A DNA stretch of 63,962 bases, filler included, from Octopus bimaculoides (Eukaryota), in the NCBI RefSeq assembly GCF_001194135.2. It is 6 parts of 5 records of this genome, joined end to end, with 100 filler letters (N's around TTAATTAATTAA, not from the genome) between each part and the next. Parts side by side here need not be neighbours in the genome. Positions count along the whole stretch, not along the records: positions 24,876 to 37,438 come from NC_068999.1; positions 37,539 to 49,140 come from NC_068982.1; 4 more parts are not named here. The stretch is one strand, 5' to 3'. The position numbers were made by a program, and so were the translations under genes. The notes beneath the pieces were generated by a model. The model saw nothing but the letters and a program-made list of their open reading frames with translations, was not told the DNA's origin and made no database searches. How positions within the stretch are numbered: the first letter of the stretch is position 1; every line of letters begins with the position of its first letter. Shown here one piece after another: positions 25,373 through 38,121 of this stretch.

Positions 25373-26049
25373 TAATAATGATAATGATGATGATAATAAT
25401 AATAGTAATAATAATAATAATAATAATAACAATAATAATAATAATAATAATAAAAATAAAAATAATAATAATAATAATAATGATAATAATAATAATAATA
25501 AGNNNNNNNNNNNNNNNNNNNNNNNNNNNNNNNNNNNNNNNNNNNNNNNNNNNNNNNNNNNNNNNNNNNNNNNNNNNNNNNNNNNNNNNNNNNNNNNNNN
25601 NNNNNNNNNNNNNNNNNNNNNNNNNNNNNNNNNNNNNNNNNNNNNNNNNNNNNNNNNNNNNNNNNNNNNNNNNNNNNNNNNNNNNNNNNNNNNNNNNNNN
25701 NNNNNNNNNNNNNNNNNNNNNNNNNNNNNNNNNNNNNNNNNNNNNNNNNNNNNNNNNNNNNNNNNNNNNNNNNNNNNNNNNNNNNNNNNNNNNNNNNNNN
25801 NNNNNNNNNNNNNNNNNNNNNNNNNNNNNNNNNNNNNNNNNNNNNNNNNNNNNNNNNNNNNNNNNNNNNNNNNNNNNNNNNNNNNNNNNNNNNNNNNNNN
25901 NNNNNNNNNNNNNNNNNNNNNNNNNNNNNNNNNNNNNNNNNNNNNNNNNNNNNNNNNNNNNNNNNNNNNNNNNNNNNNNNNNNNNNNNNNNNNNNNNNNN
26001 NNNNNNNNNNNNNNNNNNNNNNNNNNNNNNNNNNNNNNNNNNNNNNNNT

Positions 26050-26215
26050 AACATACAGAAAATTGCACTACTGGGTACTGCACACATTCTACGCAAAACA
26101 CTTTCAATACAGTAAACATAAGAGCACCACAGCAAACCACAGCAGATACCCAAGGCGCACAGAGCTGCGCTCGGTAGTGAAGTGAAAGCACGTTATAAAA
26201 ATAAAACTACTGAAT
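26050..26215 (+). mobile_element. RLE LINE family A 3' end (E7)
   Basis: NIQKIALLGTAHILRKTLSIQ* plus the shared 3'UTR and (AAT)n. Confidence 0.88.
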
Positions 26216-26241
26216 AATAATAATAATAATAATAATAAAAA

Positions 26242-26272
<31 letters not shown>

Positions 26273-26273
26273 A

Positions 26274-26310
<37 letters not shown>

Positions 26311-26458
26311 CAATAATAATAATAATAATAATAACAATAATAATAATAATAATAATAAAAATAAAAATAATAATAATAATAATAATGATAATAATAATAA
26401 TAATAAGATATATGTAAATAATAAATATAATTTAGAAAATCGGAAAGCTATTTCTTAC

Positions 26459-26536
26459 ATACAGTGGTGCTTCTTTCTTAAATGCGTGATATCTCAATAT
26501 GACATATGCATGATGTCGGCACCACCTCCAGGAAGC
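26459..26536 (-). CDS. Candidate 78-nt symmetric exon (ASWRWCRHHAYVILRYHAFKKEAPLY)
   Basis: Acceptor TGTTTTTACAG|G, donor AT|GTAAGA, only frame 0 open. No homology recognised. Confidence 0.3.
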
Positions 26537-26789
26537 CTGTAAAAACACACTAATTACCTAATAAGTAGGTAAATTGAATAAATACCAATCCATGCAACTG
26601 TCCCTCATACCATATTCTCAGTCTGATAACTATAAGCAACACAAATAATGCCTAACAACAGAAACGTGCACACACAGAAAATAAAAGAAAACCAGGTGTC
26701 ACGAGCAACACCGTACCAAACAAAAACAGAGCGACTTCTCACAAACGAATATGAAAATGAGCAAACCTTTGTTGCTGCTGCTGCTGCTG

Positions 26790-26896
<107 letters not shown>

Positions 26897-27794
26897 CAAA
26901 GCCTCCCCACCAGAAATTACCAAAAACACATAATGAAAAGAAATATAACAAGTAACTGTAGAATATGTGGAGATCGACAAGAAACAATAAATCATATTAT
27001 CTCTGGCTGCCCAGTCCTGGCTAAGAAGGAATATATTCACAGACACGACAGAGCTGGGACCTATATACACTGGAAGCTATGCCANNNNNNNNNNNNNNNN
27101 NNNNNNNNNNNNNNNNNNNNNNNNNNNNNNNNNNNNNNNNNNNNNNNNNNNNNNNNNNNNNNNNNNNNNNNNNNNNNNNNNNNNNNNNNNNNNNNNNNNN
27201 NNNNNNNNNNNNNNNNNNNNNNNNNNNNNNNNNNNNNNNNNNNNNNNNNNNNNNNNNNNNNNNNNNNNNNNNNNNNNNNNNNNNNNNNNNNNNNNNNNNN
27301 NNNNNNNNNNNNNNNNNNNNNNNNNNNNNNNNNNNNNNNNNNNNNNNNNNNNNNNNNNNNNNNNNNNNNNNNNNNNNNNNNNNNNNNNNNNNNNNNNNNN
27401 NNNNNNNNNNNNNNNNNNNNNNNNNNNNNNNNNNNNNNNNNNNNNNNNNNNNNNNNNNNNNNNNNNNNNNNNNNNNNNNNNNNNNNNNNNNNNNNNNNNN
27501 NNNNNNNNNNNNNNNNNNNNNNNNNNNNNNNNNNNNNNNNNNNNNNNNNNNNNNNNNNNNNNNNNNNNNNNNNNNNNNNNNNNNNNNNNNNNNNNNNNNN
27601 NNNNNNNNNNNNNNNNNNNNNNNNNNNNNNNNNNNNNNNNNNNNNNNNNNNNNNNNNNNNNNNNNNNNNNNNNNNNNNNNNNNNNNNNNNNNNNNNNNNN
27701 NNNNNNNNNNNNNNNNNNNNNNNNNNNNNNNNNNNNNNNNNNNNNNNNNNNNNNNNNNNNAGTGAAGTGAAAGCACGTTATAAAAATAAAACTA

Positions 27795-27799
<5 letters not shown>
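26897..27799 (+). mobile_element. RLE LINE family A (E8) spanning a gap
   Basis: QSLPTRNYQK...CRICGDRQETINHIISGC...RHD before the gap; family A 3'UTR end after it; (AAT)n on both flanks. Confidence 0.85.
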
Positions 27800-27848
<49 letters not shown>

Positions 27849-28723
27849 CCTTTCTGCTATAGGCACAAGGTCTGAAATTTTGCGGGGAGGAGTCTAGTCA
27901 ATTACATCGACCCCATGCGTAAGTGCTGCTTCTTTTATCGACCCCGTAAGGATGAAAAGCAAAATCTATCTCGGCGGAATTTGAACTCAAAACGTAAAGA
28001 CGGACGAAATGGTGATGAGCATTTTGCCCAGTATGCTAATGTTCTGCCAACGCCAGTCTTAATGGCAGATGGTGGAGATCTCCGCAATTCAGTACAGTCT
28101 GCAGCTGAAGACGCAGAGAAACATTAATGACCTCGCTGTACGACTGTAATCTTTTTCGAAATAACTTGAAAACCTCGAATATTTACCATTTCTGCCAGTA
28201 TTTAATTTTTCAGTGATACAGCGATGCAAATATCTCTTTCTGAGAAGAACACTCTCAATGTTTCTGGTTATTTAACTTAAGCAATTTGAAAAGAAACACA
28301 TTTTAATGAATCCATTTGTTCTTCTTTAAATGTTCCAACCCGCAAAGTTTCCTATTTTATATCCAGGAATATTTGAAGCGCGTCCAACACTTAAAACTGA
28401 CTTTCCAGAACTGATAACGAATGCAGAAGATAAGCAACCTACATATTTAAGAAACTACAGATAAGCTTGACATGTTCTGAGTTATCAGCTCTAATAACAT
28501 CAAATATTGCCGACCTTGACCTGGTCAAAAGTGGTTGTCTGAGGCAGCAAACAACAGCAGCAGCACAAATAACACGACTGCTAACAGCAACAGCAACAGA
28601 AGCAAGCACGCTTGCATAAGCAGTGCCACGTCTACTATATTAGAAATGGAACTGGCAATAAAAATTAAAGTAAGAATAATGTTGGTGATAATGATAAGCG
28701 TTCCTTCAAACAACGCATGATTC

Positions 28724-28797
<74 letters not shown>

Positions 28798-28812
28798 TAA
28801 TAATAATAATAG

Positions 28813-29230
28813 TAATCGGGAATTATATATTGGGACAAGAGAGAAATGAGAAAAATAAATACCAAGAGCAGAAAAATGGTGTCAGTATATGGAGACGTCT
28901 ACCCTAAGAGTGACATTGATAGGCTGTACTTGCCCAGAAGAATGGATGGAGAGGTTTAATCAGTTGCCAGGACTGTAACGAAACAGAGGGAAAAAGCCTA
29001 GGGTTGTATATAAAAAATGCTGTGGAACCGCTGTTGAAATACACGAAGAAGGCCGGCGTCATCAACACTGAGAACTATACAACTAAAGAAAAATTTAACC
29101 AATAAATGAACAAAACAAAAAGCATAGCAGGAGAAAAACGTACGATCAGTTTGCAAGAGATGTGAAAGCCAAGACAGATACAGAAGACCGGTGGCTATGG
29201 ATGAGGTGTGATATGAAGATAGAAACAGAT
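28813..29230 (+). mobile_element. RLE LINE internal fragment (E9)
   Basis: YPKSDIDRLYLPR motif; begins immediately after (AAT)n. Confidence 0.75.
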
Positions 29231-31974
29231 GATCACTTTATACAACTACAATATATTTTTGTAGTTGTCGCTGTTATGGTCCAGATGTATATATAAGTAC
29301 ACGTGACAAGATTTGGTGTTCTTATACATTGTGTATTTAGAAATCTATTATTCAATGATGTGTTCCATTAGTTGTAAATATTGAAGATCATTTTTCTTTG
29401 ACAAGTTAGAAGCTAGCACCGATAGAGCATACACGATAATAATTATCTAAGTTATGAGCGTAGTACTTTTTTCTTAGTATAATGTATCTCGGAATTTATA
29501 GGACAGAAGTTGAATTAGTGGCGAAGTGTTTGTACAGTTATTTCTGATGTACCGATTCAATATTTGGTCTGAAATGTTGCAGGATATCATTTGCGGTTTA
29601 TAGGCTACGAAGTCTAGTAGAGTGATCATATAATCAGTGATTTCTGACAGATTTTGCCGACAAATCAATTAGGAAGAGCAACAAAGTAACGTTTGTTATT
29701 GTGAGTAGGAACAATCAACAGTAAATTATAGTTTCTCTGTATCACTGCAATACCCATTGAAAATCGTGATTAAGCAGACACTATTTGTTCGAGCATTGTT
29801 AATATATATTAATATAATTGTTGTTGATACTGCAGACATACATCCTATTATGGAATTAACAATAATTATACAAAAGATAACATCGTATTCAACAAGCAAT
29901 TACGTTGAAAGTCTTTCAGATGTTACACACACTAGCATATTGGAAAGCCTTTTCTATTGATCTACAACCGATTAGATCGATTGAAATTCTCGAACGTCTG
30001 ACACAACACATGTTATCCAAGTATCTGACGTCCATATCACGCAATATCAATCAGATTATTCACCGTCTTTTAGCTGAGTTGACGCAAACGTTCTTTAATC
30101 TTTTATCAATGAATCTGAAAATTTGATATTCATTTATCGATTCAGGATTTCATCGTATTAATTAAGGTTAAGAACGAATTCGTTTGGTTCAAATGTTACT
30201 TTCCTTTCACTCTGATATGCGGAATGCACTACACTATGTCTTATATTATAATATGTAACTAGTATTACAAGTAAGTATCCAACATCGCCATAACGCGAAG
30301 TTTTATTCTAAACATTAATCTAAGTAGTCCGCTTGATTTCAAAGTGCCTTTACGTTATTATTGGTTAATCACCAAACCAATCACAAACAAAAACGTAATT
30401 GTAAATAACAATCGTGACTGGCCATGCGGTATTAGTTATTATATTCACAACTACATGGTACAATACTAAATTTGTTAAGAGACAAAAGTCAGTAGTTATG
30501 AAGTACGTGTGTGCTATTCATTGAATGTCAGATAATCGTTTAGGTTTAATTTCATTAACTTGCCAGTCTCAACATTAATGGCTTATTATTAAGGTGGCAT
30601 TTCATAGAATCCTCGTGCTATAATCCCTTCTCGAAAACTATATCGTTATTACTTCGATTAAATTATATTTCAATAATGATATATATGCGCTTATATCCGT
30701 GCATACATAAAATAATTGGAACAGTATTTATTTACGGTACCGTGCTTTTTAATATCAATATAGGTCAAATATGCGTTTCAAATTCAAGTGATTGATTAAA
30801 AAGTACTAGTCAAATACCGAGATCGATTCATATCGTTTTAAATTCCCGTAGAATGCTTGCACATCAGGTAATATTAAAAACGACATAATCCATAATTATA
30901 AAACTATTCCGCTGGTTAATCCTAGCTGTGCAACAAGCATTCCAACGCAAACACACAAACACCCACACATCTCTCTCTCTCTCTCACGCACACACATACA
31001 CACACATACACACGTATATATGTATGTATATATATANNNNNNNNNNNNNNNNNNNNNNNNNNNNNNNNNNNNNNNNNNNNNNNNNNNNNNNNNNNNNNNN
31101 NNNNNNNNNNNNNNNNNNNNNNNNNNNNNNNNNNNNNNNNNNNNNNNNNNNNNNNNNNNNNNNNNNATATATATATATATATATACACATATAATGTGTG
31201 TGTGTGTGAATGCGTATATGCATATATGCGTGCATGTATGTATCTCACTCTCTTTTCCTCCCTGTATATATATACTAAAATCTCGAAATTGAACTGACAT
31301 CCCTCATGTTCCTGGTTATTTCCGCGGACACTACCTGTTGCTACAAATTTGTTGATGTATTAATTTTCATTTCAGATCAGAGTATATTAATTGCTTACGC
31401 AACTAGCTGTGCCGAGAACCCCATGAGTACAAGAAGTCAGTGATTTTGACAGAGGCGTATCCTAAGTTAGTCCGAGGATGGATTTAACCAGTTAAAACGG
31501 CTCAAAACTCTGGGATAGTTCTTCCCATAGCCAACAGCGATTGAACAATTTAACGGAGAAAGGAGAGGAATCAACATCATCTAACTCAGACCGTGGTCAA
31601 ACTTCTGACAAGTGTCCTCGTTCTGATGTTTGGAAATAAAAAACTCCGAATCAGATGAGGTTCTTCTAGAAAGGGTCACACAAAACTGAGATGCTAAAAG
31701 GAAAAATATCAATATATTAACAAGTCTGAAGCACAAATCTGAAGCACATGGCAGAACCTGTAGAAATAAAACGTCATAAAGATTATTGCCTATTAACTTT
31801 TAATACACACACTCTGTGCGTGTGTGTGTATATGTGTGTGTGTCTGTGTGTGAGTCTGTGTGCGTGTGTGTCTTTTGTATGTTGAGGTTATTCATCGTTA
31901 GTCTTTCTAAAATAGATTCTACACTGTAAAGAATCGAACTTAGATTATATTTCTCAAACGTGTTATAAGTTTTG

Positions 31975-32810
31975 AATATTGAGACCGGCATAATCGTTTG
32001 TACCCCGGGTAAAACGTTTAGCGGCATTTCGTCTGTCTGCATGTTCTGGGTTCAAATTCCGCTGAGGTCGATTTTGCGTTCCATCATTTCGGTGTGGATA
32101 AATGAAGCACCAGTTGCGTACTGGGGTCGATCTAACCGACTGGCCCCCGCCCCCAAAATTTCGGGCATTGTGCCTAGAGTAGAAACGAATATTGATACTG
32201 GCAGAATCGTTAGCACGCCGGGTAAAACGTTTAACGGCATTTCGTCTGTCTGCAGGTTTTTGGTTCAAAAACACTGGGGTCGATGTAAACCACTAGCACC
32301 TTTCCCCGAAATGCCTAGCCTTGTGCCAAAATTTGAAACCAATATTGAGTATCTCTAAAGCGGTCAACATGCAGATTCGTTGAAGAATAAGCTTCGTGAA
32401 GTTTTTTCCGACCATTTTTATTCTGCGTTCAAATGCTGCAAGTTTGATTCCAGAATTCCGCTTCGGTCGATTTTCTATTCATCCTTTCGGGGTCGATAAG
32501 GCAATTATCAATTGAGTGTTGGGGCCGATGTAATTAGTATGCACCCTTTCTTGAAATTGCTGATGTTGGGTTAAAATTTTAAGCCAATATTCAGAGGATC
32601 TAAGGCGGCGAGCTTGCAGAAGCGTATCCACGCTGGGAAAAAAATCTGAGCTGCAGTTCACCCAGCTCCACGTTCCGAGTTGAAATTGGGCCGAGGCTGA
32701 CTTCGCTCTTCATTCTTTCGGAGTCGATGAAATAAGTAGAAGTTGTGCACAGAAATCGATATAATCGACTACGCTTCTTCACTCATAATTGCAAGTCCTG
32801 TTCCTACAAA
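31975..32810 (+). mobile_element. Four head-to-tail SINE S2 copies
   Basis: Repeated gcagaatcgttagcacgccggg...tggggtcgatgtaa...gtgccaaaatttgaaaccaatatt. Confidence 0.8.
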
Positions 32811-35289
32811 AGAAAAAAAATAGCATTGTCCTTGCCGTTGCGTTAATGTGGTCTTTGTTGCTATTCGTCTAATTTTATTTACTGGTATTGGCATTTTAAC
32901 TGGATCACCTATTCTTTCCACCATACCATAACTTATTGTGTCATGTGAGATAAACCATAAATACCTTTATGGTGTTCAAATCTGTTCAGGCATTGTTAAG
33001 GCTTTTCCTATATTTCTTTTAGCATCAAATATTAAGATTTTCTCAGAAATCATCTAGCTTGTCAGGTTTTCCTAATATTTTTTCCTCATTGTATCCAAAA
33101 CCTCAATCTTATTTTGCTAGCAAACGAGCTTGGTAAAAAATTCGTTCCATAATTTAAGAATATCATTCGTTAAAACTGTTTAATAGATTACTCTAGTTTT
33201 GCATTTACTTTTGATGCTAGTAAAAATGAGAATAAAGCATGTTGAAATGTAACCAAATCTGTAAAACCTCACCGTGTATATACATTATGTAATGAAGTAT
33301 GTATTGTGCCCCAAATACTTAAAAGCAGCTATCATAAATAAGCAATATCTTGTCGGTTACTTTGCCAGCTTTCACGTTCTGTCTGTCTTTCTCTCTCACT
33401 CTCTTTCTCTTCTATTACAAAGGCAGCGACTTTGTAATAGTAGAGAAAGTGAACGTAAGAGTGGACGACTAGTTAGAGCGTTGGACAAAATGCTAAACGT
33501 AATTTCTTCCGTCTTTTTCGTTCAAACACCACCAAGTTTGACTTCATCTTTCATCCTTACAAGATAAATGAAGTAAAATAGAGGTGGTGAACTGGGCCCG
33601 ATGTAATCGACTTTCCCCTCCAATCACCCTTACAGGTCTTGTGCCAAAAAGTACGAAGAAATTACCGTCATCAACCTCACCGTCATTCGTATCAATCAGT
33701 AGTAGGAGGAGGAGAGGGGCTGGGAGGGGGAAGGAGAGTAGCAGTAGCAGACATACCACCATTATCAGCAGCGACAGCGGTAGCAGCAGTGCAATCAGGA
33801 GCGGGCTGTTGTAGTAATAGTAGTTGTAGTAATAGTAAGTAAATCACAAATGCTGCTGACGTTCTTTTCGGCAATCGAAAAATAAATACTATGTTAAAAT
33901 TACAGAGCTATAATCACTTCATTTAGATTCCGTAAGCAGTTTTTATATTTAGTTTTTGCATATTCACCATTTTCTTGGTCATACAGAATTAGTAATAAAC
34001 GTTGATGTTACTGCCAATTTGTAAACGTCGTTATTTGTCGTTTATCTCCGGAGACATCATCTGTCGACTAATGATATATCGTTAAAGGCGTTCTTAAGGT
34101 GTGCTCTTTCTGTCGACTAACGAAATGTTGTTTCCAATTAAATTAAATACAGGAAAGTTCATATGCCGCCTATATAATATATTCTATTAAATATATCTTC
34201 GCTGAGAGGTCATATTAAATTATTTAAACTATTTATTGTTATGTGTATGACTACAGCTGACATGAAGGCTGATGGTATGATATAATGAAGTAGTACAATG
34301 TATATGTTTTCAAAATATCTACACTTAACAATTCAGTTTGTCTAACAATTTGATGTGTTAATACCGATATATAACCAAAGGTGTCAAATAAAATGTGTTC
34401 GTATTAAGGACGCTACATCTCTGACAAGTCAGTTTGCTTTTACTTGAGATTTTAGCAAAGGTAATTCCTGACTGAGCATCGGGTCAACCATTATTCAGTC
34501 GCCACAATACCATTTTTGTATAGCTACAATATATACTGGTATACGCTTTGAATGGTTTCACCTGCTACTTTTTGTGAAGTCTAATAGTCTTAGGGATGCA
34601 TTCAGTCAGCAAGTGATCCTTTTATCTTTTTTTATTATGGGTACGTTCATCGAATACGTGCCTTTACAAAGAAAGCGCATATATTGTTATGTTTATTCAC
34701 TCGCTGAGTTCCAATACAATACGCTGAGTTCGAAAGCAATACACATATTACTATATAATATGACTGTGCTATTCAAACACATACACGGAAAATCTCTTTC
34801 AGAATCTTTGAATTATAAAACCTGCAAGCAAATCCTGTAAGATATGCAGACCGGAGTTACGTTCACGGAAGATAGAGTTAATTGAGGGTAAGTAACAAGT
34901 CCGGAATAGGCTTGTGGATTTAAACTGTTGGCATTAAATATAAGATTCAATCTAATTACCATTGTGTCTATTGTCTAATTATTTTCTGAGGCACATACCT
35001 TCTATATACAATGTTTCAATAATTTTCTAAAACAAAGTGGTGTGAAGTGTATGAAATTTGCTTTGTCGTTCCTACCTAGCCAAAAGACTGAATTAACTGC
35101 TTCCGTAACCCTTTTTATTTAGTGGTACGTATACGTGTAGTTGTTTAAATACATTCAGGAAAGAATGTTAAAGAAATTAAAACGTGTTCCGTTATTTCAG
35201 GTAGAGAAAGGATCATATATGACATGTAAAGTAAGAAATTAAGAGACAATGAATGCAGAGAAACGAAATGGTACTGATATAAAGGTGTC

Positions 35290-36290
35290 ACTGTGTGTTG
35301 CATTTTTACTGAATGGCAATGGAAATTATTTTTGCTACAACGCCGTGTCGCATGTGGAGGTAGTACATAGATGGAATTTCGGGGGCAGCTGTCAATTACA
35401 TGTGTGATGTCTTCCACTGAAATATGACATTATATATAGTTTCGGTTGCATCTTGGGACACCAAAATCCTGATTATCTCTCTTGTTTATTAGATATTTAG
35501 GAGCATTTTCCTGTTCTTAGATAGCAAGTGCACAGCCTTAGAAGTGTAATGTGATGTAGCGGTCACGATTCCAAGATACGTTTCGCTCCATATCAATATT
35601 AATCTCTTCCTGGCGCCTGGGGGAAACAAACCCATGCATGTATTTATGTTATTGTTGTGGTTGTTGTTGTTTCTGTTTGAATACTCCCTATTTCACACCC
35701 AGGACTTTTTAGGTATGTTAGTCCGGCTGTTTGAAGTCGTATGTGAAGTCATCACGAGAAGAGTGCTTCCTCAGGAGCTTACTACCGACACGTAGGATAT
35801 TATTCTCTTCACTTTTCAGGATGTATTCACTTTTACTGCTGTTTTTAAGCAATTGCTATCTGAAAGCGACTATAAGACATTCTGAGGCTATCTGCACTGA
35901 TCTCACAGATCTACCTTTTTTAATTATTTCTTAGGTAGAGCCTGTCAATATCAGTACTCCTGTGGAGATTTCCTGTTCATGCTAGCATCTTGCGGGTTTT
36001 AACGTTTAGGGAGTGGATTTCTTCTTCAGACCAGTCAAGTATCTCGGTTATGGGAATCAGCATTGGTACTGACTATGTATTGTGAAATAATAGTCTTGTT
36101 ATATGAGGACAGTTGTAACTACCATGTTTTTTTCTAGGTCCTGCATAATATTCTCGGAAAACTTTATCGTTACTCTCTGTATTTCTTTATGATATATTTT
36201 CAACAATACCTAGGTACTTGTAGCATTTGGAACAGGAGCAACAAGGAGACCATTGATGCACAAGTTTTGTGTCAAGGAGATTGAATTGTG
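35290..36290 (-). mobile_element. RLE LINE family B relic (E10)
   Basis: - strand: CYKYLGIVEN, SWNRDRYIT, EDITHVIDSCP; homologous to 42330-42990. Confidence 0.75.
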
Positions 36291-37538
36291 CCCCGCTCAA
36301 TAATCAAATATGAACATATCAGTTGGCCAAATTTCACTCTTGTATTAACTCTTTCATGGCATTGTCAATAAATTCCAGCGTAAATTTTGAGGTCCTCTAT
36401 ACTGCTGTAAGGCTCCTACAATATATGCATGTATGTATCTGTGTATGTGTGTGTCCATGTATGTGTGTTTGTTTGTGTGTATATGTGTATGCATGTTTGT
36501 ATGTATGCATACATCTATGTTTGCATATATGCAGATAAAATACACAGCGTCTGTGGTGTAGGATCTCAAGAATTATCAGTAGTATTATGTAACAAAAATT
36601 GTATGCTCAAATTCGAAGGAAACTTTAATAATAAGGAAATTTTGCACTTGTCATCGCAGTACTGCGCTATAGCGAAAGAATAGTTGGCGGAAAACATGTT
36701 TGAAATGTTATTTTGTAATTATAATTCTATCATATTGGCATAGTAAACATGAGAATGAAATATTTAACAATCATATGCATATTTAACAATTTCCAGTATT
36801 GGTTTAATCAAGTAAATTCTGATTTCAGCCTACAAATATAACAAGTTTTAATAATTCTGACGAAAACAATTTCTAATACCTTCTACTAATGTATCAATTG
36901 AATTAATATTGAAGATTCCTAAATAACAGTGTAATTAAATGGATACACTTTGCCATAGACTTTGTCCCGTACCAAAATGCTCCGATCTTACCCAGAAGCA
37001 TGACTTTCAATGAGGTTACGTCAACACAAGCAAACGTGTCAGTACACGGTGAATCTTAGGAGATGCCATATTGCAACGTCTACCGAGCATGAGTGACGTA
37101 ATCCCGTAAATATGCGAACACCAATGCTGTCGTGGTGCGGACGGCACATTATATAAAACTGATGAACTGCTTTGTCGAGACCGTCAATGTGATGTTATTA
37201 CCGGCCATCCTACAAGTACATACACACATAGGCGCACACGCACGCCGGCACACAGACTCCTATACACACACATACATGCTGTCACGTATACATCTGAAGT
37301 AACAACGCCTTAGATATTTTGGACATTAATGAATTTGACTGGTTGGAGTTGTTATAGTCATGATTAATAATGCTTATATTTACACACAGCACACACAAAC
37401 GCATATTTATAGGTGTACACCTGTATATATATATATATNNNNNNNNNNNNNNNNNNNNNNNNNNNNNNNNNNNNNNNNNNNNTTAATTAATTAANNNNNN
37501 NNNNNNNNNNNNNNNNNNNNNNNNNNNNNNNNNNNNNN

Positions 37539-37572
<34 letters not shown>

Positions 37573-37766
37573 CATATATATATAAAGAGAGTGTGAGAGA
37601 AAAAGAGAGAGCGTAACATATATATATGCATACATGCACAAATACATATATGTGTGTATGTATGTGCATGTATATGTATATATGTATATATAGATAGATA
37701 GATAATGTATATGTATGTATAATATGTATATATATACACACATGCATACATATATATAGTGTGTGC

Positions 37767-37799
<33 letters not shown>

Positions 37800-38080
37800 C
37801 ACACACACACACATGCAGAGCACACGCGAATCCACACAGATAGAAACATATTCATGAATCCGTACATATACTCGTTCATGAAGCAAAAAGAACTATATTG
37901 GAGCAAAATGTACCTATAAGTGTGTATTAGCATATGTACATGTGTATATGTATATATACACATGTACTTGCGTCCATAAATTTACAAATGCATTTACAAT
38001 ACACACACGCACACACATATACATTTTCCAATGTATCTCTCTCTCTCTCTCCCCTCTCTCTTTCTCTCTCTCTCTCTCTC

Positions 38081-38121
<41 letters not shown>

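Noticed and set aside
29905-30126. 73-aa ORF as a gene
   Set aside because: No recognisable motif, non-ATG start, weak splice support.
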